The translations under genes and the position numbers were made by a program. A stretch of 64,000 nt of DNA from Sulfurimonadaceae bacterium (lineage in GTDB: Bacteria; Campylobacterota; Campylobacteria; Campylobacterales; Sulfurimonadaceae). The stretch covers positions 169,427 to 233,426 of the forward strand of contig CAXXSB010000015.1 in NCBI GenBank assembly GCA_963664885.2. Reading direction: 5' to 3'. The notes beneath the pieces were generated by a model. That model made no database searches. It saw nothing but the letters and a program-made list of their open reading frames with translations, and had not been told where the DNA came from. Positions within the stretch are counted from its first letter, which is position 1; every line of letters begins with the position of its first letter. This document shows, piece after piece, positions 47,152-56,387 of this stretch.

Positions 47152-48492
47152 TTAGCCGTTGTATCGCTCGAGGTATTTTGTGTCGAAGTTGTTTGAGATA
47201 AAATCTTCGTTTTGCATCATTTTCAAATGAAACGGTATCGTCGTTTTAATCCCCGTCACTTTAAATTCGCTTAACGCTCTTCTCATTCTTGCGATCGCAT
47301 CAGCACGGTCACTTCCGCGAACGATCAGTTTTCCGATCATAGAATCATAAGTCGGCGGTACGATATAGCCTGCATGTGCATGGGAATCGATGCGTACGTC
47401 TTTACCTCCTGGAGTGATCCAGTCTTTGATTTTTCCCGGACACGGAAGGAATTTTATAGGATCCTCGGCAGTAATACGGCACTCGATCGAATGCCCTTTA
47501 AGGACGATGCTCTCTTGCGGCGGCAACTCTTTGCCCTCGGCTACTTCGATCATCATCTTGATAAGGTCAAGGTCGCTTACCATTTCAGATACACAGTGCT
47601 CAACCTGAAGACGGGTGTTCATCTCCATGAAGTAGAAGTTCAAATCTGCATCCAAAAGGTACTCGAACGTTCCTGCACCTTCGTATTTGATGTATTTTGC
47701 CGCACGAACCGCAGAATCCCAAAGTCTCTCTCGCACCTCTTGTGTCAGAGCAACCGCAGGAGATTCTTCGATCAGTTTTTGGTGGCGTCTTTGCATCGAA
47801 CAGTCGCGCTCTCCGATATGAAGTACGTTCCCGTGTGCATCGGCAAGTACTTGCACTTCGATATGGCGCGGGTTTTTAATGAACTTTTCCATATAGATGG
47901 TGCCATCGCCAAACGCCGTCATAGCTTCGCTCTCTGCCGCTAAAAATGCGTTTTCAAGGTAGCTTTCCTCTTCGACGACGCGCATACCGCGTCCCCCGCC
48001 CCCTTGTGCGGCTTTGAGGATGATAGGGTACCCTACCTCTTTAGCACGCTTTTTTGCGTCTTCGATGTTTTTGATAGCGCCGTCACTCCCCGGAACTACG
48101 GGAACATCGGCAGCGATCATGACGTCTTTTGCTTTTGATTTATCGCTCATGAGAACCATAACTTCAGGTGTCGGTCCAATGAACTTGATATTGTGGTGGG
48201 TACAAATCTCAACGAAATGCTGGTTTTCACTCAAAAACCCGTAACCCGGGAAAATAGCATCGCAGTGACTGATCTCTGCCGCTGAGATGATAGCGGGGAT
48301 ATTAAGATAACTTTTACTGCTTGGAGCATCTCCGATACAAATTGCGGCATCGGCAAGATTCAAGTATTCGCTCCCCGCATCTGCTTTTGAATACACCGCA
48401 ACAGCCTCTTTGCCCATCTCTTTAATCGTGCGAATCGCGCGAAGAGCGATCTCTCCGCGGTTTGCGACTAAAATTCTTTTGATTTCTGCCAT
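47152..48492 (-). CDS. accC: Acetyl-CoA carboxylase biotin carboxylase subunit
   Basis: ATP-grasp motifs (GGGGRGMR) and strong overall AccC-like sequence. Confidence 0.95.
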   Translation of the reverse strand: MAEIKRILVANRGEIALRAIRTIKEMGKEAVAVYSKADAGSEYLNLADAAICIGDAPSSKSYLNIPAIISAAEISHCDAIFPGYGFLSENQHFVEICTHHNIKFIGPTPEVMVLMSDKSKAKDVMIAADVPVVPGSDGAIKNIEDAKKRAKEVGYPIILKAAQGGGGRGMRVVEEESYLENAFLAAESEAMTAFGDGTIYMEKFIKNPRHIEVQVLADAHGNVLHIGERDCSMQRRHQKLIEESPAVALTQEVRERLWDSAVRAAKYIKYEGAGTFEYLLDADLNFYFMEMNTRLQVEHCVSEMVSDLDLIKMMIEVAEGKELPPQESIVLKGHSIECRITAEDPIKFLPCPGKIKDWITPGGKDVRIDSHAHAGYIVPPTYDSMIGKLIVRGSDRADAIARMRRALSEFKVTGIKTTIPFHLKMMQNEDFISNNFDTKYLERYNG

Positions 48493-48495
48493 GGG

Positions 48496-48945
48496 CTATA
48501 CTTTTTCCACTATAAATAGAGGCATATCGTATTCAACAGCCTGACCGTTTGCTGCTAAAATATCTATAATTTTGCAGTTGAATTCCGCTTCAAGCTCGTT
48601 CATGATTTTCATCGCTTCCAAGATAGCGATCACTTGCCCTTTTTTAACCGTATCGCCTATTTTGACGAAAGAAGGGGAGTCTGGAGATGGAGAGGAGTAG
48701 AACGTTCCTACCATCGGAGAAAGAATCTTATCCCCTTTGAGCTCTTCGGCAGGTGCACATGCCGGCGCAGCAGCAGGTGCGCTCGGTGCAGCCACCGCTA
48801 CGGGTGCAGCCACTGCATGTGCCACGGGTGCGACGGTAATGGTTTTTTCAAATTCAATGGAAAAATCATTTTGTGTCAGTTTCATGCGCGAGAGTCCGCT
48901 TTCGTCAAATTGACTCATAAGCGATTTTATTTGCTTTGTATCCAT
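48496..48945 (-). CDS. accB: Biotin carboxyl carrier protein
   Basis: EAMKIMNE biotinyl-lysine motif and an Ala/Pro-rich linker. Confidence 0.9.
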   Translation of the reverse strand: MDTKQIKSLMSQFDESGLSRMKLTQNDFSIEFEKTITVAPVAHAVAAPVAVAAPSAPAAAPACAPAEELKGDKILSPMVGTFYSSPSPDSPSFVKIGDTVKKGQVIAILEAMKIMNELEAEFNCKIIDILAANGQAVEYDMPLFIVEKV

Positions 48946-49077
48946 AAGTAATACTCCAAAATATATAAAAATTTGCGATATAATACCATAATCTTAATAA
49001 AACTACTTTCAAACCTATCGGAAGTGAGTTTTTGCTCTACTAAACGACAAAAAATCCAAAAAAAAGATCAAAAAGCT

Positions 49078-49521
49078 ATGTTAAGTGATGAAAATTTTAT
49101 CAATATTGCCTTTGAGATAGCCAAAGCTTCCAAGTGTGTTTCCAAACAGGTAGGTGCGGTGATAGTCAAAGACGGCAGGGTGCTAAGTACGGGCTATAAC
49201 GGAACGCCTGCGGGGTATATCAATTGCAGTGAACACTGGGAGGGTGCTTATACAAAAGAGCATCACGAATGGTCGAAAACCTACGAGATTCATGCCGAGA
49301 TGAATGCCATTATTTGGGCGGCACGCAAGGGGATAAGCATTGAGGATGCAACCATCTACGTAACGCTCGAACCCTGCAGCGAATGCAGTAAAAACATCAT
49401 TGCAAGCGGCATCAAGCGCATCGTGTATGCAAAGCCCTATGAACACAACCACTCCGCGATTATTACAAAATTTATCAAAGACAACGGAGTGGTGATCGAG
49501 CGGCTTAAAAACGTGGATTAG
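49078..49521 (+). CDS. dCMP deaminase (ComEB-like cytidine/deoxycytidylate deaminase)
   Basis: HAEMNAI and PCSECSKNI zinc motifs. Start set at MLSDENF. Confidence 0.85.
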   Translation: MLSDENFINIAFEIAKASKCVSKQVGAVIVKDGRVLSTGYNGTPAGYINCSEHWEGAYTKEHHEWSKTYEIHAEMNAIIWAARKGISIEDATIYVTLEPCSECSKNIIASGIKRIVYAKPYEHNHSAIITKFIKDNGVVIERLKNVD

Positions 49522-49871
49522 GCTTTTAAAAAATCCTCTGCAAGACTCGGCGGGCGGGCGATGATCGCTTTGTTCCCTTTTATAATGATGGGGCGCTCAA
49601 TCAGTTTCGGGTGCGCTACCATTGCTTCTATAAGCTTCTCCTCGTTTGTTTCGTTTTTCAAATCAAGCTCTTTGTAGATATCCTCTTTTGTGCGCATCAG
49701 TTCTTTGGCATCTATTCCCAATTTTGAAAGAAGCTCTTTGAGGGTTTCTTTGGTAAGAGGCACCTCGAGATATTTGAACACCTCTTTATCGCATCCGCTT
49801 TGTTCCAAAACAGAGAGCGCTTCGCGCGATTTGGAGCATTTTGGGTTATGCCATATTGCTATTTTTTTCAT
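49518..49871 (-). CDS. ArsC/Spx-family protein (arsenate reductase-like)
   Basis: IWHNPKCSKSR N-terminal Cys motif. 117 aa from MKKIAIW. Confidence 0.8.
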   Translation of the reverse strand: MKKIAIWHNPKCSKSREALSVLEQSGCDKEVFKYLEVPLTKETLKELLSKLGIDAKELMRTKEDIYKELDLKNETNEEKLIEAMVAHPKLIERPIIIKGNKAIIARPPSLAEDFLKA

Positions 49872-49941
49872 CGGCTTTCCTTTTTTTTTGCGACATTTTA
49901 CACTATAATTGTCCCCATCATAAAACACAGAGGCTGACGGT

Positions 49942-50445
49942 ATGAAATATGAAAAAACCTATTCAAAACTTGCCGATTTCGGAAAAGAACTTTTAAGTAA
50001 AACCTCCCTTGAAGAGGGGCTTCCTATGATTGCGAAATATGCAAAAGGGGTGATCGGCGCCGATCGCTGCTCCATTTTTATCAACGATCTCAAAAAAAAC
50101 GAACTTTGGACAACCTTGGCAGACGGCGTGGAGAAGATAGTGGTTCCCTCCGACAAGGGGATTGTGGGGTATACCATTAAAGCCAGAAAACCGATCATTG
50201 CCAACGACGCCTACTCCAACCCCAATTTTTTGTCCGACATCGACAAGCAAACGGGCTATGTGACCGAGAATATCGTAACCGCTCCCGTATTTAACTCCAA
50301 AAGGGATATTATCGGTGTTTTGCAGCTGCTTAACAAAGAGGACGGGTTCGATAACGAAGATGTCAAGTTTATGATCTTTTTTGCACACTACATCAGCGGG
50401 TTTCTTGAGCTTGTCAATCTTTACAATGCGGATGAAAAAAAATAA
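49942..50445 (+). CDS. Stand-alone GAF-domain protein
   Basis: ADRCSIFI...LWT...GIVGY...TENIVTAPVF...IGVLQLLNK GAF pattern. Confidence 0.8.
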   Translation: MKYEKTYSKLADFGKELLSKTSLEEGLPMIAKYAKGVIGADRCSIFINDLKKNELWTTLADGVEKIVVPSDKGIVGYTIKARKPIIANDAYSNPNFLSDIDKQTGYVTENIVTAPVFNSKRDIIGVLQLLNKEDGFDNEDVKFMIFFAHYISGFLELVNLYNADEKK

Positions 50446-50454
50446 GGGAATAAA

Positions 50455-50943
50455 ATGAAGAAAATCAATCAAGTAGCGGAATTCGGAAAAAAGTTGATGG
50501 CGCTCAGCGATATGGAGCAGATCATAGAGCTGATCGGGCAAGAGGCAAAAGAGCTTTGCAATGCGGATAGATGCTCTATATTTATCGTCGATAAAGAGGA
50601 TAACATGCTTTGGACGCGCTTAAGTGACGGGATCGGACGGATAGTGATCTCGATCGATTCGGGGATCGTAGGCGATACGTACCAGAAAAAACAGCCCCAA
50701 ATGGTCAATAAACCTTATGATGACGAGAGGTTTCTTCCTAACATCGATAAAAAAAGCGGCTATACGACGAAAAATATCTTGACGGTTCCCATTTTCGATT
50801 CAAAACGGGAAGTGATCGGCGTGATCCAGCTGCTCAATAAATTCCGTGACGATTTCAACCAAGAGGATCTGGAAACACTCACTTTTTTCTCTAACTACGT
50901 TAGCGGCAGTATAGAACTTGTGCTCTTGAACGATAAAAAATAA
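50455..50943 (+). CDS. Stand-alone GAF-domain protein (paralogue of the upstream gene)
   Basis: Same block order as the upstream gene: ADRCSIFIV, GIVGD, TKNILTVPIF, IGVIQLLNK. Confidence 0.8.
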   Translation: MKKINQVAEFGKKLMALSDMEQIIELIGQEAKELCNADRCSIFIVDKEDNMLWTRLSDGIGRIVISIDSGIVGDTYQKKQPQMVNKPYDDERFLPNIDKKSGYTTKNILTVPIFDSKREVIGVIQLLNKFRDDFNQEDLETLTFFSNYVSGSIELVLLNDKK

Positions 50944-51069
50944 TCAGCTTTTTTGATTCCCGTTTCGGGTTTTATGGTTATTTTTTAATCATACCCGAGA
51001 TTAAATAACATCCAATTTTCTTTATAATGGTCTCTTCAAAACAAAACCGCAAGGTTTGAAGAAGGTACC

Positions 51070-51609
51070 ATGAATCCAAAAAACAGCTACATTACCCAAC
51101 TCAAAAAAGCACATGCCGAACATAAAAAGTGGCTCAATCAGGTGCGTTTGGTGGTTTCTGGAATCGTCGATAAAACAGACACGATCCCCGTGGATGCCAC
51201 GCAAACCCCTTTTGGCATGTGGTTGTATGCAAAAGGGTTGGTATTTACGACGATACGAACTAGCGAGGTTATAGCGGAGATAGAGCAGCTCTATCAAGAG
51301 TGTTACGATATCTATTTAAAAATATACGCTTTGCTCGGCAACAAGAAAAAAGGGCTCCTTGCGTTTTGGGTACAACCCGCATATGCAAATAGTGCAGAAC
51401 TTAATGCCTCGCAGGAGTATTATGAAACACTCGTCGGCATTGCAGATGCGCTGAGTCAAAAACTAAGGGTTCTCGAAGCGCAGATGGCGGCGACAAGTGA
51501 GTCGCAGTTTGAAGCTTTTGGGAATTTGGAAGAGCCCAAAGAAAAGCCCGAAGAGGTAAAAACACCCACAAAGCGGTACTATTATCGCGGTACGATTATA
51601 GAAGAGTAG
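51070..51609 (+). CDS. Hypothetical protein, weakly CZB-like N-terminus
   Basis: HAEHKKWLNQV...FGMWLY resembles chemoreceptor zinc-binding domains but lacks the Cys. Confidence 0.5.
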   Translation: MNPKNSYITQLKKAHAEHKKWLNQVRLVVSGIVDKTDTIPVDATQTPFGMWLYAKGLVFTTIRTSEVIAEIEQLYQECYDIYLKIYALLGNKKKGLLAFWVQPAYANSAELNASQEYYETLVGIADALSQKLRVLEAQMAATSESQFEAFGNLEEPKEKPEEVKTPTKRYYYRGTIIEE

Positions 51610-51627
51610 TCTCTTGGCATGGGGCTG

Positions 51628-53436
51628 TTAAAGAAGATATTTTTGTATCCATACACTCAGCACATAAAGCCCCCAGACATGCTGTTTGAAGTTCCCTTTT
51701 TTGGCAGTCTCAATGTAGCGCTCAAGCACCTCGGGGTAAAAAAGCCCAGTTTGCTCATTCACCTCTCGTATCAGCTCGATTTGCCCCGAAGCAATCAGAT
51801 ACTCCATATAGGGGTTTGAGAACCCTTTTTTCTTGCGTTTGAGAATCTTTACATCGAGTTTATCTTGCATAATCTCTTTTAAAAGTGCTTTGGTCTTGCC
51901 ATCTTCGTAACGCAGTTTCGGGTCGATGCTAAAGATGCACTTTGCCAACTCGTGGTCTAAAAAGGGTGTGCGAGACTCTATGGCATGTGCCATACTTACG
52001 CGGTCGAGTTTGGTGAGAAAATGCTCCGCTTGAAAGAGATTAAGATCGCTGTAGCTGTACCAGATGCTCTCGTCCGTGTGCGCCGAGTTTTCAAACCTTT
52101 TTCTATACTCTTGGAGATAGATAAGTGACTCGTTGTCGCGAACATTGCGCTTCATGAGCACATTTTTTTGCAGGTCGGTAAACTTCTCCCCCGATGTTCT
52201 AAAAAGCAGACTCTCATCAAAAATCCGCTTGTACCACTCCCACTCTCTGTTCATGGAAAAGTTCGCACGAAAATACTTTTTAAGCCAGTTTTTGTGGGCT
52301 AAAGAGGATGCTTTTTCAATGTCGAGATACTCAAAGTATTGTCTATATCCCAAAAAGAGTTCATCACTCCCCTCACCGCTGAGAACCACCTTGTAGCCAT
52401 CCTCTTTGATAGCACCAAAAAGCAGATACAGCGGCACGGCGGCAGGGTCGTTAAGCGGTTCGTCAAGCGCATCAAAAACCGCGTCACATGCCATGATAAA
52501 CTCCTCTTGGTCTATCTCTTTGTGGATGTTTGTAACGCCTAAGAGTGCGGCGCTCTCTGTAGCATTTTGACGTTCGTCATACTTGGCAAACTCTTTGTAA
52601 CCGAGTGTGTATGTCGGGAGGTTTAACCCCTGTTTTTTGGCGTAATAATTCAGCGTAGCGCTGTCGATGCCGCCCGAGAGAAGCGCTGCCATCGGCACGT
52701 CGGCACTAAGCCGCATCGAGATGGACTCCTCTAAAAGATTTTCGAGTTTTGTGAGTGCTTCTTCTTTGTCGGTGATGGCGCAAGGGGGCGCATCAAGCAG
52801 GTCAAAGTAGCGTTTGATTTCATACGAACCATTTGCAAAGTGCAGATACTCCCCCGCGGCAAGCTTAAAAATCCCCTCAAAAAAAGTATGCGGCGGCGTA
52901 GGCGCTAAAAATGAGAGGTAACTCATGAGCGCATCTTGGTTAAGCGTCACCTTGTCTAAAAACGGCACAAGGGCTTTGATCTCCGAAGCAAAATAAAACG
53001 CTTCACCTCTTGGCATGTAAAAAAGAGGTTTCTTCCCCAAACGGTCACGAAAGAGGTAAAGCTCCTCGTCGTCTAAAATGGCAATGGCAAACATGCCACG
53101 AAGATGATGCACAAACTCCACACCCCAAGTTTTATACGCCGCCAAAAGCACTTCGGTGTCGCTTTGAGTCCTAAAATCATGGCATGTTGCAAGCTCGGCG
53201 CGAAGCTCTTTATAGTTGTAGATTTCGCCGTTAAAAGCTAAGAGAATCTGCTCCTCTTGCAAAGGCTGATGGGAGCGCGCATCAAGGTCGATGATGCTTA
53301 AACGCTGATGGGCAAAAAAGAGATTTGGCTTCTCTATGATCCCGCAATAATCAGGCCCGCGATGCGAAAGACGCGCCAAAGCACGCTTGGCATGTAAGCT
53401 CTCATACTCCCCTAAAATACCGAAAATCGCGCACAT
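51628..53436 (-). CDS. asnB: Asparagine synthase (glutamine-hydrolysing)
   Basis: N-terminal MCAIFG nucleophile Cys2, and the SGGIDS PP-loop. Confidence 0.9.
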   Translation of the reverse strand: MCAIFGILGEYESLHAKRALARLSHRGPDYCGIIEKPNLFFAHQRLSIIDLDARSHQPLQEEQILLAFNGEIYNYKELRAELATCHDFRTQSDTEVLLAAYKTWGVEFVHHLRGMFAIAILDDEELYLFRDRLGKKPLFYMPRGEAFYFASEIKALVPFLDKVTLNQDALMSYLSFLAPTPPHTFFEGIFKLAAGEYLHFANGSYEIKRYFDLLDAPPCAITDKEEALTKLENLLEESISMRLSADVPMAALLSGGIDSATLNYYAKKQGLNLPTYTLGYKEFAKYDERQNATESAALLGVTNIHKEIDQEEFIMACDAVFDALDEPLNDPAAVPLYLLFGAIKEDGYKVVLSGEGSDELFLGYRQYFEYLDIEKASSLAHKNWLKKYFRANFSMNREWEWYKRIFDESLLFRTSGEKFTDLQKNVLMKRNVRDNESLIYLQEYRKRFENSAHTDESIWYSYSDLNLFQAEHFLTKLDRVSMAHAIESRTPFLDHELAKCIFSIDPKLRYEDGKTKALLKEIMQDKLDVKILKRKKKGFSNPYMEYLIASGQIELIREVNEQTGLFYPEVLERYIETAKKGNFKQHVWGLYVLSVWIQKYLL

Positions 53437-53439
53437 GAG

Positions 53440-53898
53440 TTAAGAGAGATTTTGAAGTGTTAGTAAATAATTGACAATAGGAAGATTTTCTTGGGCTTGA
53501 TACTCTTTTATCGTACATGCCAAGGCTTCGGAAATATCTAAGGGATGTTTTTTGACGATAACTGCCAAATCTTCTGCCAAGATATCAAGTCGCAGTGTAA
53601 TGATATTCCAAACCTCCTCAACGTCAATCCCGAAATAAGCGTGCACAATCGTATTTCTAAAATTAACGATTTTTCTAAAATAGCTAGGGGCTGACGCATT
53701 AAAAGCTGTATGATGAAGCAATTTGTTGAGAGCCTCCCCGATGATTTCAAGCTGTCTCATGGATGCATCCCAGTGAAGGGAGCTATGTTGAAAATCGTTT
53801 GGACTCGCAAAAGGGGATGAGTAGAGTTTTATCTTTTCGATAGCCACAAAAATATCGACGATAAAAAGTTCAATATTTCTCGTAGTTTGCTTAGACAT
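53440..53898 (-). CDS. hepT: HepT-like HEPN/DUF86 toxin
   Basis: FRNTIVHAYFGID R-x4-H motif. The start is set at the internal ATG, which overlaps the mntA stop by 8 nt. Confidence 0.85.
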   Translation of the reverse strand: MSKQTTRNIELFIVDIFVAIEKIKLYSSPFASPNDFQHSSLHWDASMRQLEIIGEALNKLLHHTAFNASAPSYFRKIVNFRNTIVHAYFGIDVEEVWNIITLRLDILAEDLAVIVKKHPLDISEALACTIKEYQAQENLPIVNYLLTLQNLS

Positions 53899-54178
53899 AA
53901 ATAATATCTTGTTCGATTTTAGTTTTGTAATATTCTCTGATAGAGTCAAGATAACCTACATCTACAGGCGTCTTAAAGTTGGTTTCCAAGTACTCTTTAA
54001 GATCTTCCCGAAGGAAAAAATCTTTCTTTTTGGATTCTATAACGATGTCAATATCGCTGTTTTCAGTAGCCGTATCTTTTGCGTAACTTCCAAAAAGTCC
54101 GATTTTTGTGAGCGAAAATCTGTGTTGTAACTCTTGTTTATGAGTTATTAAAAAATCTAAAATATATTCTTTGTTCAT
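53891..54178 (-). CDS. mntA: MntA-like minimal nucleotidyltransferase antitoxin
   Basis: GLFGSYAKD...SDIDIV (GS-x10-DxD NTase motif). The start is set at MNKEYIL, and the long N-terminal extension in the ORF track is rejected. Confidence 0.85.
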   Translation of the reverse strand: MNKEYILDFLITHKQELQHRFSLTKIGLFGSYAKDTATENSDIDIVIESKKKDFFLREDLKEYLETNFKTPVDVGYLDSIREYYKTKIEQDIIYV

Positions 54179-54404
54179 ATTTCGCCCCCTTTTGGAATAT
54201 TTTTGTGTAAAAGTATAGCGAAATTCAAAAAAATTAAATCTCTCTAAGAGCCGCCTCATGCTCTTTTTTAAAGCGGCGAAAAGCGGTTTTGACGTGTTCG
54301 AGAGTGGGTTTTGAGACATATTGCAACAACGCATCAAAAGTTAAATCGTAGTGATATTTTTGAAGCAAAAATCTCTAGTAGACAAAGCTACATGCCATGA
54401 AAAA

Positions 54405-54470
54405 ATTAAACGACACAATGTACATTTAACACTTTTTTCGACTATTTAAACGACAAAATGTCCAAATAAC
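54405..54470. repeat. Two about 26-nt direct repeats (attaaacgacacaatgtacatttaac / atttaaacgacaaaatgtccaaataac)
   Basis: Read directly. They lie in the non-coding left edge of the AT-rich island, 200-260 nt upstream of the first island gene. Confidence 0.5.
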
Positions 54471-54668
54471 GCCAAAAATATTTTTAAATGCACATTGAAA
54501 TTTTAAAGAATTCAATGGATTTAGCTAGAAAATAACAAATATATTGCATTTGGTCATAGTTTTATCATTTAAAATAACATTTTTTGTGTCGTTTATTTAG
54601 TGAATTTCAAGCTGTTTAACATATAATGTTCGTTGAATAAATAGTTAGCATAAACCAGAGGAGAACTT

Positions 54669-55100
54669 TTGGCAGAACATATCAAACCATTTGATGCACA
54701 GAATTTAGAAGCAATTTGTAAAGTTTTAGCTGATACCAGCAATGGTTTAACGGGTACACAAATTGGATATATTTTACAAGATTGCAAAGTACAAGATACA
54801 GACCCATCTGCGACTAAATGGAAGCGTCTATTCAATGCAATGGCAAATAAACAAAATGAGCGTAAAATTGGTAATTTTTTAATAATGTTTATTACTAGAG
54901 CGATGAATCCAGTAAATTATTCAAGAGACAAAGAAATATTTGAATGGCGTAGAACAGAATTGAATATTGTTTTGTCTTTCTCTGGCTTTGAAATTAGAGA
55001 AGATGGAAAAGTTATTAAAAGTTCAAAGGAAACAACATTAAGAGGAGCAAGAGAACGAGCTGGTGCACTCAGGTTAAAACTAGAGGTATACTGCCACTAA
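54669..55100 (+). CDS. Protein resembling the N-terminal region of TIGR02391-family proteins. The last 3 codons and the stop are supplied by the IS.
   Basis: LEAICKVLADTSNGLTGTQIGYIL...DPSATKWKRLFNAMA matches my recollection of that N-terminal module. The TIGR02391 (Hypoth_Ymh) domain itself is absent. GAGGAG RBS. Confidence 0.5.
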   Translation: MAEHIKPFDAQNLEAICKVLADTSNGLTGTQIGYILQDCKVQDTDPSATKWKRLFNAMANKQNERKIGNFLIMFITRAMNPVNYSRDKEIFEWRRTELNIVLSFSGFEIREDGKVIKSSKETTLRGARERAGALRLKLEVYCH

Positions 55101-56387
55101 AATATCAGACAGCAATTTGAGAGGAGATCTTCCTAAATGGTACAATTAAACAGACATTTAGGAGAGCGGATTATGAGTAAAAAGCGTAAGCAATATTCTG
55201 CGGAGTACAAGACGAAAGTGGTGCTTGAACTTTTGCAGGGAGATTTAACAGTGGCACAGGTGGCAAGCAAATATGAGATCACAGCCAAGAGTCTGACCGA
55301 CTGGAAGAAGCAGTTTTTAGAGAATGCATCGTTGGCGTTCGATTTGAGCGGAGCGACCAAATCATACAAAGATGAGATCGAAACCCTTAAAGAAGAGAAC
55401 GATGCATTAGCAAAAAAACTTGGCAAGACGACCATTGAACGCGATTGGGCAGTGGGAAAGCTAAAGAGCTTGGACTTATCAAATAAAAAAGATCTTGTCG
55501 ATTCCAAGCTCAGTGACATTCCAGTGGCAAGACAATGCGAGATGATCGAGCTGAACCGATCAGCACTCTATTACGAAGCAAAGCCGATTCGTCAGTACGA
55601 TTTGAAGATCATGCGGCGAATTGATGAAATCTACACTGGTATATCCTCGACCTACGGCTATCGTTTCATGCACCGCCAGCTGCTCGAAGACGGCTTTTCA
55701 ATCGGGGTCAATAAGGTAAACCGGCTGATGAATGTGATGGGGATACAGGCAATCTTTCCGAAAAAGCGCAAGCTCACGTCCATCAAGAACCACGAGCACA
55801 AGATTTATCCCTATCTTCTCAAAGAGCTGCAAATTACCAAACCCAATCAGGTCTGGAGCGGCGACATCACCTACATTCGAACCCATGGCGGGTTTATGTA
55901 CCTGGCGGCGATCATCGACTGGCATAGCAGATCCATTCTCGCTTGGAAACTATCCAATACAATGGATACGCTTCTCGCAACCGATGTACTCAAAGAAGCC
56001 ATCGACAAATACGGAACACCGGAGATTTTTAACTCCGATCAAGGGTCACAATATACGAGCTTTGAACATACGAAAATACTCAAGGATCACGGCATAAGAA
56101 TTTCCATGAACGGTAAAGGCAGATCGATCAATAATATCGCCATCGAACGTTTCTTTAGAACGCTAAAATACGATGAAATCTACATTAACGATTACCAAAG
56201 TATCAGCCATCTTCGCAATAGCATTGCAAAGTATATGAACTTTTACAATTTCAATAGGTTTCATTCGGCACTTGGCTATAAAAAACCGATGAACGTATAT
56301 CTGGAAGGAGTTAAAAAAGTTGGTTAGGCATTTAGCAGGCGGTGGGAAGATGAACTCTCAAAATCCTGTCTTGACATTTGGTGGCAG
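55091..56387 (+). mobile_element. IS3-family insertion sequence, about 1.3 kb
   Basis: Imperfect terminal inverted repeats of about 45 bp (ctgccactaaaatatcagacagcaatttgagag / reverse complement ctgccaccaaatgtcaagacaggattttgagag). 4-bp target duplication TATA (55087-55090 and 56388-56391). GC content is higher than that of the flanking DNA. Confidence 0.85.
55173..56327 (+). CDS. IS3-family DDE transposase (OrfA-OrfB in one continuous frame)
   Basis: N-terminal HTH (YSAEYKTKVV), leucine-zipper-like region, and a DDE core with WSGDITY, NSDQGSQYTS and the catalytic E in AIERFFRTLK. An A7 run is present at the usual frameshift position. Confidence 0.9.
   Translation: MSKKRKQYSAEYKTKVVLELLQGDLTVAQVASKYEITAKSLTDWKKQFLENASLAFDLSGATKSYKDEIETLKEENDALAKKLGKTTIERDWAVGKLKSLDLSNKKDLVDSKLSDIPVARQCEMIELNRSALYYEAKPIRQYDLKIMRRIDEIYTGISSTYGYRFMHRQLLEDGFSIGVNKVNRLMNVMGIQAIFPKKRKLTSIKNHEHKIYPYLLKELQITKPNQVWSGDITYIRTHGGFMYLAAIIDWHSRSILAWKLSNTMDTLLATDVLKEAIDKYGTPEIFNSDQGSQYTSFEHTKILKDHGIRISMNGKGRSINNIAIERFFRTLKYDEIYINDYQSISHLRNSIAKYMNFYNFNRFHSALGYKKPMNVYLEGVKKVG

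Noticed and set aside
53891-54337. The long forms of the mntA (148 aa) and hepT (169 aa) ORFs from the track.
   Set aside because: The N-terminal extensions have no family similarity. The internal ATGs give canonical MntA/HepT lengths and the usual short overlap between the two genes.
54239-54370. A 44-codon minus-strand reading frame (LLQKYHYDLTFDALLQYVSKPTLEHVKTAFRRFKKEHEAALREI) upstream of mntA, possibly the tail of a disrupted gene.
   Set aside because: It is too short, has no recognisable family and has no clear start. It is noted only as possible debris.
55173-56327. Expectation that the IS3 transposase should be split into orfA/orfB by a -1 frameshift, which would make the single frame suspicious.
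   Set aside because: The frame is continuous and all DDE blocks are in frame, so there is no evidence of pseudogenisation. The A7 run may still allow a truncated OrfA.
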